From sequence record SRR31156797_8157: DNA of 46,961 nucleotides; one strand, given 5' to 3'. This document shows, in pieces, positions 18,767 to 27,746 of this stretch; position 1 is the first letter of the stretch; the number at the start of each line of letters is the position of its first letter. The translations under genes and the position numbers were made by a program. The notes beneath the pieces are model-generated. The model did not search any database and was not told the DNA's origin. It saw nothing but the letters and a program-made list of their open reading frames with translations.

Positions 18767-20293
18767 ATGAGAATGCAGCCTGTTAAAGCGGTTGTATTGG
18801 CGATGATGATGACATTGCCTCTAAGTTCCGTTTACGCTAAAAAGCCAGAGAATAACCCGTCAAACAACAAAAATAACCAAACATCGGAAACGGGTACTGA
18901 AAGTGAAACCAGTACCGACAATACAAACACCGAAAGTGAACTGGTTGATTTAAATAACCAGACTTACATTACGCTTCATCCATCAACAGTATCAGGGCCA
19001 GTGACCAACCCCGGAATGGGCGTTGAAACCTTCCACGACAATTGGGGATACACCTTAACCAGCGATGAATACCCAGATGCTGGTATCGATTATTACCGCT
19101 TTTATTGGAGTGAAATTGAGCCAGAAGAGGGTAAATATGTTTTTGATGTTATCGATAAACTATTAATTGAAAACCGTCACGAAACGCCTCCTAAAATGGT
19201 TGCGCTGCGTTTTATGACGGCTGATGAACCAGAAAGTGGCAGTAAAATACCACAATGGCTTATCGACAAGGGCATTAGCGGTTATTGGACTGACGACCAT
19301 AAAACCTTTGTCCCGGATCTCGATGATAGTTTATACCTGTATTACGCCGAAAAAATGCTGAATGCATTTGGTAAGCGTTATGACGGCAACTCAAACATCA
19401 GTTATATCGATATTGGTATGGTTGGCTCGTGGGGGGAGTGGCACAACACTAACTTTTCGGGTTTAGAGCCCATGCATGAGAAGTACACCGACGAAGAGTT
19501 GAACCGTTGGGTGGATATGCATTTTGCAGCTTTTCCTAAAACCCCTAAGATCATGCTGATCAGTGGCGGTGAAAGCTTGGCTTATGCAACTAAAAAAGGC
19601 GCAGGTTGGCGTGCGGACTGTTGGGGAGATTGGCATCATTTTTCTGATACTTGGAGTCATATGCGTGATGATTACCCATACCGTATCGATCAGGCGATGC
19701 GCAGCGACCCAGATTTTGAAACCAGTTGGCAAAGAGGTCCAATTAGCTTAGAAACTTGTGGAACCATGGTGACTTGGAAAGGCGATCAAGCGTACACCTA
19801 TGACGAAGTGAAACAAAGCTTAGATTGGGCGATTGAGCATCATGCTTCGTCGTTGAACTTGAAGTCAAAGGCTATTCCCGAAGAGTATCGATCGCTGTTT
19901 GATGAGGCGTTAACTAAGATTGGCTATCGTTTACGCTTAGATACGTTAAGTCATCAAATCGAATTGAATGCTGGTGGTGTACTGAATGTGAATGCCTTGT
20001 TCGTTAATGAGGGCGTTGCACCGCCTTATCAACATCGTTATTTGGCCTACCGCCTTGTAGACGAGTACGGAGAGACCGCATTTATTGGCAGCTCACATTA
20101 TGATGTAAGAACTTGGTTACCGGGTGAGCACGAAACTCACAGTAGCTTAACGCTACCTAAGGATATCGCCAAAGGGCACTACTATCTTGAGCTGGCACTG
20201 GTGGATAGCCATGGTGATGCGCGATTGAATTTTGCAAACGTTGGTAAGCAAGAGTCTGGCTGGTATCGTTTTTCTGATATTACGATTATGTAA
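18767..20293 (+). CDS. Secreted DUF4832-type protein, putative glycoside hydrolase (TIM-barrel-like)
   Basis: Signal peptide ending SVYA, N/T/E/S-rich linker, NPGMG, YYRFYWSEIEPEEGKY.F, IDIGMVGSWGEWH, IGYR, NEGVAPPY, WLPG. Confidence 0.75.
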   Translation: MRMQPVKAVVLAMMMTLPLSSVYAKKPENNPSNNKNNQTSETGTESETSTDNTNTESELVDLNNQTYITLHPSTVSGPVTNPGMGVETFHDNWGYTLTSDEYPDAGIDYYRFYWSEIEPEEGKYVFDVIDKLLIENRHETPPKMVALRFMTADEPESGSKIPQWLIDKGISGYWTDDHKTFVPDLDDSLYLYYAEKMLNAFGKRYDGNSNISYIDIGMVGSWGEWHNTNFSGLEPMHEKYTDEELNRWVDMHFAAFPKTPKIMLISGGESLAYATKKGAGWRADCWGDWHHFSDTWSHMRDDYPYRIDQAMRSDPDFETSWQRGPISLETCGTMVTWKGDQAYTYDEVKQSLDWAIEHHASSLNLKSKAIPEEYRSLFDEALTKIGYRLRLDTLSHQIELNAGGVLNVNALFVNEGVAPPYQHRYLAYRLVDEYGETAFIGSSHYDVRTWLPGEHETHSSLTLPKDIAKGHYYLELALVDSHGDARLNFANVGKQESGWYRFSDITIM

Positions 20294-20365
20294 CTGCAAA
20301 AGGTGGTATTAAATAAGGGTGGGTATCAAGCAACAAGATACTCATCCGATTAAACAGAACCTTAT

Positions 20366-20404
20366 AAAAAAGAGAGCCCAAGCAATATGCTTGGGCTCTC
20401 TTTT
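20366..20404. terminator. Bidirectional Rho-independent terminator ending the EPS operon and the convergent YgjV-like gene
   Basis: AAAAGAGAGCCCAAGCA-ATA-TGCTTGGGCTCTCTTTT perfect inverted repeat. Confidence 0.9.
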
Positions 20405-20431
20405 CAAATCCGTACTAAGCGAACTTAATGC

Positions 20432-20692
20432 TTATGCTGCGTTTTGTACCGTTTGTTGTTGTACCGCTTTCTTTTCTTGGTACATTTTTACTAAGAAATA
20501 AACGTTAACTACTGCGATGAACGTGTTTGTTGCGACGACTGGTAAAGCATCGATCATCAAACCGTAAGCAGAGAACAGTGTACAACCGATGAAGTTCAGA
20601 ACACGAAGCTTAACGATGTCTTTCATAGTTAATGAGATAGCTACCATGATTGATGCAGCGTAACCCATAATTTCAATTGTTTGCATATCCAT
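20432..20692 (-). CDS. YgjV-family small inner-membrane protein
   Basis: GYAAS.MVAISLTM...KLRVLN..GC..F..YG, 3 TMs; SD GAGGG. Confidence 0.8.
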   Translation of the reverse strand: MDMQTIEIMGYAASIMVAISLTMKDIVKLRVLNFIGCTLFSAYGLMIDALPVVATNTFIAVVNVYFLVKMYQEKKAVQQQTVQNAA

Positions 20693-20867
20693 AACTTGAC
20701 CCTCTTTATATAGCCGGACGTGGTATTGCCGGTACCAATCTTCTCGTCTTGAGATAAATGAGGGAGCTCCATGCCTCGAATGGTCTAAGTTGTTTAACTG
20801 GCGCTAATATACCAGAGAAAAAGTGTGATTAAACCCTCAATATTTAGGAAATTGAAGGTTAGCGATT

Positions 20868-20883
20868 ACGCAAACGTTTAACG
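20868..20883. promoter_or_regulatory. Candidate LacI-family (PurR-like) operator
   Basis: ACGCAAACGTTTAACG matches the PurR box ACGCAAACGTTTGCGT at 12 consecutive positions. Confidence 0.4.
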
Positions 20884-20955
20884 GTAAATTCCATGACAAA
20901 AAATTGCAAAATGCTGACGGCCAGCGACTTGTTGCAACCATTAGACTAATGCGTA

Positions 20956-21321
20956 TTACTCAAAATTTTGCATTCTATTTCGGGTCAACAGGTATAACAG
21001 CACTGCGGTAATAATACCGGGCGCAGCCCCGGAAACGCCGAAACCGAGATAGATATTGATAGTGAACATCAATACAACAATCGCGTACAAGCCATTGATG
21101 GCAATCTTTTTCCAATGCCATACGCCAAAGGCACATAGGGTGTTCAACACACATAACCAACCCAAGAAATAGACAGTGGTTTTGGACATGCTTGGCAACA
21201 TTTCTATGATCATATCCACAGTGGTAAAGTAACTTAAAGCGGTTAATGCATTGGAGATCATTAACAACACGAGGAAAATCGCTAGCCCAAGCCCGCGTTT
21301 TTTATCTGACCCAGAGTTCAT
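20956..21321 (-). CDS. Hypothetical 4-TM membrane protein
   Basis: 121-aa ORF, basic N-terminus and four hydrophobic segments, WHWKK loop. Confidence 0.75.
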   Translation of the reverse strand: MNSGSDKKRGLGLAIFLVLLMISNALTALSYFTTVDMIIEMLPSMSKTTVYFLGWLCVLNTLCAFGVWHWKKIAINGLYAIVVLMFTINIYLGFGVSGAAPGIITAVLLYLLTRNRMQNFE

Positions 21322-21507
21322 TCGTTAGGTATCCTAATTTGGTAAGGCAGTTGTAGAGCTCATCTTGGTGGATTTTTGCTGTTCAGTCCAACAATTGCAT
21401 CGCCTTGTTCGTTTGAATCAGAAAGTTTGCCAAACATACAAGAATAGTCGTACAGCAGGGTATGGCTCATTGTTGTAAACGTTGAAAAAGGAAGGGAATG
21501 GGAAAAC

Positions 21508-21537
21508 AGTACATAGAGCGTGATGACTCTATGTACT
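21508..21537 (-). terminator. Terminator hairpin after the DUF3297 gene
   Basis: AGTACATAGAG-N8-CTCTATGTACT, followed by GTTTT on the minus strand. Confidence 0.7.
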
Positions 21538-21545
21538 TGAACAAT

Positions 21546-21794
21546 TTATTTATAGAATGCTTCAACTTCGCCTTTAAGCGTAATAAGCATTGGGTTACCC
21601 CAGCGATCTTTCGCTTTTGGTGAAGGAATTTTTACCCAGCCTTCACTAATGCAGTACTCTTCAACATCCGTACGTTCTTTGCCGTTAAGACGGATGCCGA
21701 TATGGTGCTCGAAACACTCAGCAACGAAGTGAGGGCTGCGAGAGTTACCTGATAGGTGATCGGGTAGTGCAGGCTTTGAGTTATTTTCGCTCAT
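21546..21794 (-). CDS. DUF3297-family protein
   Basis: LPDHLS..RSPHF, GIRLNGKE.TDVEEYCISEGWV, LKGEVEAF. Confidence 0.85.
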   Translation of the reverse strand: MSENNSKPALPDHLSGNSRSPHFVAECFEHHIGIRLNGKERTDVEEYCISEGWVKIPSPKAKDRWGNPMLITLKGEVEAFYK

Positions 21795-21918
21795 TGTTTG
21801 TGACCTGAAATAGATAAAAGTACCGCATTCTAAACTAATGCTTTGTCGTCACTCAACTATTGAAAGCAATAAATAGCGGAATAAGTGTTGTACGTAACCT
21901 GAGACTAAGCACCTTCAA

Positions 21919-24900
21919 TTAATTGAGCTTTGACGAGTAGGCTTCTACTGGCTCATTTTTCAGTAATGTTAGCACCTCATTTTCTGCTAAGGGTTCATAG
22001 AAATAGTAGCCCTGAAAATACTGGCAACCCTGGTTCAATAAAAACTCCAACTGCGCTTCTGTTTCAACGCCTTCAGCAATGGTAGTAAGATCCAAATTTT
22101 GGGCAAGGCTGATGATGGTAGAGCAAATTTTTCCATCTTCCTGAATGTTATGGCATTCGTCGACGAACGACTTATCGATTTTCAAAATATTGATCGGTAG
22201 TCGTTTGAGGTAGTTTAACGAAGAGTAACCTGTACCAAAATCATCGATGGAGATGGATATTCCCAGATCGTTCAGTTGAGACATTACTTCGATGCAACGG
22301 TTAATATCCGAAACTAATACGCCTTCGGTAATTTCTATCTCTAACCACTGCCCACTGATTCCGGTATGTTCAAGTTGCGCCCTTAAATAAGGGACAAACT
22401 CTTCGGATAGCAGATGTTTGCCGGAAATGTTTATTGATACATTAGTCATCGGGATTTTGTTGCTGTGGAGTTTATTTAAGAACTTAAGCGCAAGTTGAAT
22501 AACTCGATTGCCTAATGCGTTAATTAGGTTGGATTCTTCAGCAATCTTTATAAACACATCTGGGCTCACATTGCCATCGATGATGTGCTCCCATCGGCTA
22601 AGGGCTTCTACACCAATGACAGTCCCTTTATGATTGACCTTAGGTTGGAAAACAAGATAAAAGCGTTCGCTATTGATGTCCTCTCGTAAATCTTGTTCAT
22701 AACGAAAGTCTTGCCGGGCTCGCGTTGCCATATGGTCGACAAAGAATTGATAGTTGTCGCGACCTAACAACTTTGCCTGATACATAGCAATATCAGCTTG
22801 TTGGATCAGCTTATCCGCTTCGATTTGGCAATCATTGGTCATACTGATACCGATGCTGGTAGGAATGCTCAACCATTGTTTTTCAATTTCAATGGGTTGG
22901 CGCATAACTTCGAGAATTTCTTTCGCCTTGTGTTCAGCAACCATCTGGGTCAGTTCACCTCGCAATAGGATAATGAACTCATCGCCCCCCCAACGTGTAA
23001 TCACATCAGTTTCCCGAGTGACGCTGGTTAATCTTTGCGCAACCTCGCACAGCAGTTCATCGCCCGCTTTGTGACCCATGGTGTCGTTAATTCTTTTGAA
23101 CTTATCGAGGTCGAGAAAGAACACTAAGATTTTTTCTTCAACACTGTTTAGTGAAGTGAGGTAGCTGTTTAATCGTTCGACAAGATAAGTGCGGTTGTAT
23201 AAACCGGTAAGTGGATCACTATAAGCGAGCTGTTTCAGTTTCGCTTCTAGTTTGCGCTGACGTGTCACGTCACGAATATTGAGTACATATTCGCCTTTTG
23301 AGTGAGCCAACTGCTTTGAATAGGTAATTGAGACTTCTGCTGGGAACTCGTGACCGTTATTGCGGTGTAGCTTCAGGTTATTTCTGCGATTGAGTAACAG
23401 CCCTTCAGGCAGCATAAACCCGTGTTTTAGACTGTCAGAGAACCGTATTTGTGATTGTGCTGGAACAAAGGTGTTTACAAAGCTATTGCCTTTGGCTCGC
23501 GACGCTGGAATATCAAATGTACGTTCCGCAGATGAGTTGAATTCTAAAATATGGCCGAGAAGATCTAAGGTAACAATACTGTCCATTGATGAATCAAGAA
23601 TCGCGCTTTTTCGCGATTCACTGGACTGAAAGTTATTGATGGCTTCGTCCCGTGCTGAAATCTCAGTTTGAACGCGTTTAATGACTTTATTGTACTGGGA
23701 AGCAACCAAGCCGACTTCAGTAAACGCATGTTCCGGAACTGGGTTCGAAAAGTCGCCTTGATCTTGTTGATGCTTCATTGAGGTAAGAAGGTCTAGAAGT
23801 TCGGTCGCGGCCCGGTGTTCAGACACATTCATACCTTGATGTTCATCGTTTTCAGAAACACGTAACGGGCTAAAGTGATTGATTATCTTTGCTGCAGGGT
23901 AGCCAATTGCCAAACACCAAGCACTAATAGAAACAATGCCCGTAAGTTGAATTTGGATTTGTTCGAAGCGAGATAACCCAGTGCCAAGCGTTTCTAAATC
24001 ACCGAGTAAGCCAACAGCGAGAACGCCCCAGGCTCCAGTGAATAAGTGGGCAGGGACGACACCTAAAGCATCATCAATTTTTAAGCGAATAATCCATCTT
24101 TCACCCCAATACACGATCGCTCCGGATACGACCCCGATCAACATTGCTGCGGGTGTATCTACGGCATGGCAACCGGCTGTTATGCCAACTAAACCACCAA
24201 TGATGCCATTTAAGATGAGCGATACATCAAAATGGCGATGATAGTAAAAGTAGATAGCTGAAGCAGAAAAACCTCCCCAAGCGGCTGCGATACAAGTGTT
24301 TAAAAGCACCATGGGTACTTGAGCGTCAAATATTAATGTACTACCACCGTTAAAGCCGAACCAGCCAAACCAAAGTAATAGAGTACCCAAAGCTGATAGT
24401 GGTAAATTGCTTCCCTGAGGCAGTGTAATCCCTTTATCAAAACGACCAATTCGTGGGCCTATAAGCATTATGACGATGAGAGATAGCCATCCACCTACGC
24501 CGTGAACCACCATGGATCCAGCAAAATCGACAAAGCCAAGAGACTGTAACCATCCCGGGTTATCGGGGTTGTACGCTCCGGCCCATACCCAGTGTCCAGT
24601 GATGGGATAAATAAACGAGCTCATGACAACCGCCATCAGTAAATAGCCTTTAAAAGACATTCGCTCCGCAACAGCCCCAGACATAATGGTTGTTGCCGTT
24701 CCGCAGAACATCACTTGAAAGAGGAAAAAACTGGTATTCCAGGGATTAGATACATCGTTGAACAGATAAGGGAGGGGATTAATAAAGCCATAAGCACTCG
24801 CGCCAAACATAAGCGAAAAGCCAAATAGCCAAAAGATAATCACTGAGATGACAAAGTCTGCAATATTCTTTGCAGCCACATTTATGCTATTTTTGCTTCG

Positions 24901-24987
24901 AATTCGGCCGCTTTCTAGACACAAAAAACCAGCCTGCATTACGAATACAAGTAGCGCTGCTATTAGCAACCAAAAGTAGTTATCCAT
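21919..24987 (-). CDS. Ammonium transporter (Amt) fused to HAMP-like, PAS, GGDEF and EAL domains
   Basis: Amt motifs MQAGF..LESG, FQVMF, GAVAER, DFAGSMVVH, LWFGWFGFNGGS, DDALGVVPAH, LRV...E..G....EH; DPLTGLYNR, RETD-x5-GGDEF; EALSRW, EITE, DDFGTGYSS, AEGVE, QGY; ATG 24987 with SD AGGTGG. Confidence 0.93.
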   Translation of the reverse strand: MDNYFWLLIAALLVFVMQAGFLCLESGRIRSKNSINVAAKNIADFVISVIIFWLFGFSLMFGASAYGFINPLPYLFNDVSNPWNTSFFLFQVMFCGTATTIMSGAVAERMSFKGYLLMAVVMSSFIYPITGHWVWAGAYNPDNPGWLQSLGFVDFAGSMVVHGVGGWLSLIVIMLIGPRIGRFDKGITLPQGSNLPLSALGTLLLWFGWFGFNGGSTLIFDAQVPMVLLNTCIAAAWGGFSASAIYFYYHRHFDVSLILNGIIGGLVGITAGCHAVDTPAAMLIGVVSGAIVYWGERWIIRLKIDDALGVVPAHLFTGAWGVLAVGLLGDLETLGTGLSRFEQIQIQLTGIVSISAWCLAIGYPAAKIINHFSPLRVSENDEHQGMNVSEHRAATELLDLLTSMKHQQDQGDFSNPVPEHAFTEVGLVASQYNKVIKRVQTEISARDEAINNFQSSESRKSAILDSSMDSIVTLDLLGHILEFNSSAERTFDIPASRAKGNSFVNTFVPAQSQIRFSDSLKHGFMLPEGLLLNRRNNLKLHRNNGHEFPAEVSITYSKQLAHSKGEYVLNIRDVTRQRKLEAKLKQLAYSDPLTGLYNRTYLVERLNSYLTSLNSVEEKILVFFLDLDKFKRINDTMGHKAGDELLCEVAQRLTSVTRETDVITRWGGDEFIILLRGELTQMVAEHKAKEILEVMRQPIEIEKQWLSIPTSIGISMTNDCQIEADKLIQQADIAMYQAKLLGRDNYQFFVDHMATRARQDFRYEQDLREDINSERFYLVFQPKVNHKGTVIGVEALSRWEHIIDGNVSPDVFIKIAEESNLINALGNRVIQLALKFLNKLHSNKIPMTNVSINISGKHLLSEEFVPYLRAQLEHTGISGQWLEIEITEGVLVSDINRCIEVMSQLNDLGISISIDDFGTGYSSLNYLKRLPINILKIDKSFVDECHNIQEDGKICSTIISLAQNLDLTTIAEGVETEAQLEFLLNQGCQYFQGYYFYEPLAENEVLTLLKNEPVEAYSSKLN

Positions 24988-25213
24988 AACCACTGCACCA
25001 CCTAATTGTCTGTTCAATCCTTGAACGGGTATGATTATGTCTGTAAGTGCGTTAATGCATAGATTACACATTACATAATAATCAGATACATATAAAACAA
25101 TATACGGATTAGAAATCTAAATTACAATGTATTTACTCTAACTTAGAGGTAGGAAAGAGAATCCGGTGGCGCAACGCCTTATACGAACGGAAGGAGGCAG
25201 CTTCAGGTCATCA

Positions 25214-25239
25214 ACATGCACCAATGGATTGGTGCATGT
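25214..25239. terminator. Perfect hairpin just downstream of the cupin gene (terminator or RNA stabiliser)
   Basis: ACATGCACCAAT-GG-ATTGGTGCATGT; only a weak U-tail. Confidence 0.55.
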
Positions 25240-25252
25240 ATTCCAGTCATCT

Positions 25253-25756
25253 TTATTGGTCACTAAGCTGAGCCATAGCGCCTGGTTTGATGTAACGCGC
25301 AGGAATGCCTTGTGATTTTGCTGCGGCAATCACAACCTGTTCAATCCATCCCGCATCCATGATGTTCATAAAGTTACCATCCTGGTCGAAATTAATGTTA
25401 CAGCCTGAAATTACCATGAAGCCATCAGCACCACCTGAACTTTCCGGACAGTGGAAAGTATGAATTGAGCCGCCTGGTTCGTATAGGTAGCTACCGGCCG
25501 TTTGAACTTGATCTGGGTATTCCAAATAGTTCCACGCTCCACTAAGGGTATAAAAATGGACGACACCAGTGTGAAAGTGTTTAGGCAGGGTGATACCCGG
25601 TTTAAACTTAGCGCGAATGACCCAAGTGCCATTCTCTGGGTCAAGAAACAACGGGTATACATCGACACCTGGAAGTGCATCTTTGATGATGGATTCTTCA
25701 TTGGTGTTCAGTGTTAATAAGAAATCTTGGTGGTTGACCACTTCTGGTAATGACAT
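25253..25756 (-). CDS. Cupin-fold dioxygenase (2,4'-dihydroxyacetophenone dioxygenase-like family)
   Basis: PKHFHTG.VH..TLSG.W.Y.EYP and AGSYLYEPGGSIHT metal-binding cupin motifs; SD GAGG. Confidence 0.82.
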   Translation of the reverse strand: MSLPEVVNHQDFLLTLNTNEESIIKDALPGVDVYPLFLDPENGTWVIRAKFKPGITLPKHFHTGVVHFYTLSGAWNYLEYPDQVQTAGSYLYEPGGSIHTFHCPESSGGADGFMVISGCNINFDQDGNFMNIMDAGWIEQVVIAAAKSQGIPARYIKPGAMAQLSDQ

Positions 25757-25795
25757 GCTCTAATCCTCGTTATTGGTATTGTAATTATCTGCTTT

Positions 25796-25811
25796 TGTTA
25801 ACTTTTTGTTA
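25796..25811. promoter_or_regulatory. Candidate ArcA-type direct repeat
   Basis: TGTTA-ACTTTT-TGTTA (11-bp period) between the divergent cupin and AraC genes. Confidence 0.4.
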
Positions 25812-25914
25812 ATGCACGTGTAATCTACATCATGGATTTGAAACGAACTTGACGATTTACGAATCAATTTTGATATATTAGGAGTTTACAATCCATTAAC
25901 AAGTGAATGCTGTT

Positions 25915-26910
25915 ATGTATATCGTAAGAAGTGGCGCGGTAGATAAGTTTGACAGTTTGGTCTCTTCATTAAACGAAAATCCTATTCATATCATGAAGAT
26001 GTCGGGTTTGGATGAGTCACAGTTTCGCGATCCAGATACCTATATTGCTTACCCTCGGCTTGCTGCATTAATGAAAACCGCGGGTGCAGCATGCCAAGAA
26101 CCAATGTTTGGTGTGAAACTCGCACAGCAACAGAGTCTACAAAGTTTAGGTGATTTACCACTATTGTTAAGTCGTGCAGACAACGTAGGGGAAGCTTTAG
26201 CGCAAGTTAATGAGTATCTCTATTTGCATTCATCTGGCGTTACTTTGGATATCACACCTCAAAGAGAGTTAGTGCGTCTATCCATTAACTTAAATCTGGA
26301 TTGTGATACTGCGCAATTGATGCAACTTAGCGTCGCACAGTTAGCAAAGTTTGTGGCGAGTATGCTTAACTTTGATGCTCGCTACTTCACACTACACTTG
26401 AAGCAAACACAGCCATTAGGGAGTGAACAACATCGCCATTTGTTCCCTGAAATTCGATTCAACCAAAGCTTCGACGGCATCTTAATCAACGCAAACTTAA
26501 TGACTTGTGGTATCCATCAGGATAAAGAAGCGTTGGAGCGTCACTTTGAAAAATATTTGCAGTACTTAAATAAGCGTTACCCTAAGACACTATACGAACA
26601 AACGTCTGAACTGATCGCTCGTCTGTTATCTACTGGTGAGTGCAGTGTAGAGCAAATAGCGAAAGCACTTGATTTGCACCCAAGAGTCTTTCAAACCCGG
26701 CTCAAAAACTGTGGATCCAGTTACCGTGAAATATTACAGCGTGTTCGCCAACAGAGCGCAGAAAAATATTTAGCTGATCACACGCAGAGTATTACTGATA
26801 TCGCTTTGCAATTGGGTTATGCCGAGGTAGCAGTATTCAGCCGTCATTTCCGGCAATGGACAGGGCTGTCGCCCACCCAGTGGCGACAGCAATACAGTGA
26901 AAGTGCTTAA
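25915..26910 (+). CDS. AraC-family transcriptional regulator, divergent from the cupin gene
   Basis: C-terminal double HTH (IAKAL.LHPR..Q.RL, SITDIALQLGY.E...FSR.F..WTG.SP..WR); start 25915 or 25903. Confidence 0.9.
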   Translation: MYIVRSGAVDKFDSLVSSLNENPIHIMKMSGLDESQFRDPDTYIAYPRLAALMKTAGAACQEPMFGVKLAQQQSLQSLGDLPLLLSRADNVGEALAQVNEYLYLHSSGVTLDITPQRELVRLSINLNLDCDTAQLMQLSVAQLAKFVASMLNFDARYFTLHLKQTQPLGSEQHRHLFPEIRFNQSFDGILINANLMTCGIHQDKEALERHFEKYLQYLNKRYPKTLYEQTSELIARLLSTGECSVEQIAKALDLHPRVFQTRLKNCGSSYREILQRVRQQSAEKYLADHTQSITDIALQLGYAEVAVFSRHFRQWTGLSPTQWRQQYSESA

Positions 26911-27737
26911 GGATTTTGTGCAATAAGATTGTTGATCCAGTTTTCTGCTGCCAGTCTCCATTGTGCGTGCGTTCCGTGTTTTTCACGCAGTGCGAAACCA
27001 TGTGGAGCGTCTGGGTAGATATGCGCTTCGACACTGTTATTGGTTGCCTGCGCCGTTTTAATAAAATTGAGTGCGTGGTCGATAGGCACTGCTTGGTCAT
27101 GTAACGCATACGCAAGAAATACGGGAATGGAGGGTATACCATGGGGCTCAGTTTCAATACCAATCGCCCAGGCATCATAGAAATCTTGTTTTTCTACTGG
27201 TGGATAATCCGGCTTGCCTTGCGGCGCCTTATACTGACGGTGATTTGCATTTATCGGAGCGTAGGCAATTAATGCGCCTATTGCAGCAACAGGCGCTGTT
27301 TGGCAAGCCATGACGCCCGCCGTATGACCACCAGAAGACAGCCCAACATGGATAAGCGGTAAGTCTGAACGCTGGCTAATAAATTCTAAACAGGTGAGGC
27401 CGTCATTTAATACGATGTTGTGGTCATTTACTTGACCAAGGTGATTAATTGCGCCGGGCTGGCGATGGGTTACTACATAAGCATCGATATCAAGAGTGTT
27501 TAGCCATAGAGCGATTTCAATACCCTCTTTATCATGCACTAATTGTAAATATCCACCGCCGCCAAAGACTAAGGCTTGAGCTCGCGCAGGTTGTTTTGCA
27601 GCAAAATAGTGAAGTTCAAGTCTTGATATCTCAGTGAAAAAGCGTTCGGGCCATTCACCGCTCAGTACATTAGGTTTTCCATCTGACAACACGAAAACTT
27701 CATTTGCTTCAACTTGATGTGGTAGGGGAAATTCCAT
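26907..27737 (-). CDS. Alpha/beta-hydrolase esterase, divergent paralog of the upstream gene
   Basis: GGGGY..L..DKEG, GLSSGGH nucleophile elbow, DQAV, PHGF. Confidence 0.85.
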   Translation of the reverse strand: MEFPLPHQVEANEVFVLSDGKPNVLSGEWPERFFTEISRLELHYFAAKQPARAQALVFGGGGYLQLVHDKEGIEIALWLNTLDIDAYVVTHRQPGAINHLGQVNDHNIVLNDGLTCLEFISQRSDLPLIHVGLSSGGHTAGVMACQTAPVAAIGALIAYAPINANHRQYKAPQGKPDYPPVEKQDFYDAWAIGIETEPHGIPSIPVFLAYALHDQAVPIDHALNFIKTAQATNNSVEAHIYPDAPHGFALREKHGTHAQWRLAAENWINNLIAQNP

Positions 27738-27746
27738 CGTTGTTCC

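Noticed and set aside
6957-20293. EPS operon as a recently acquired low-GC capsule or O-antigen island
   Set aside because: By eye the base composition resembles the flanks, and there are no mobility or nucleotide-sugar genes; not computed
20641-20772. 43-codon upstream ORF overlapping the YgjV-like start
   Set aside because: Its GAGG is only 1 nt from the ATG and the peptide has no recognisable features
24988-25210. Sigma-54 promoter or glutamine (glnA) riboswitch upstream of the Amt fusion
   Set aside because: No TGGCAC-N4-TTGC on the coding strand; the GAACGGAAGGAGG resemblance is on the wrong strand and lacks the P1 stem
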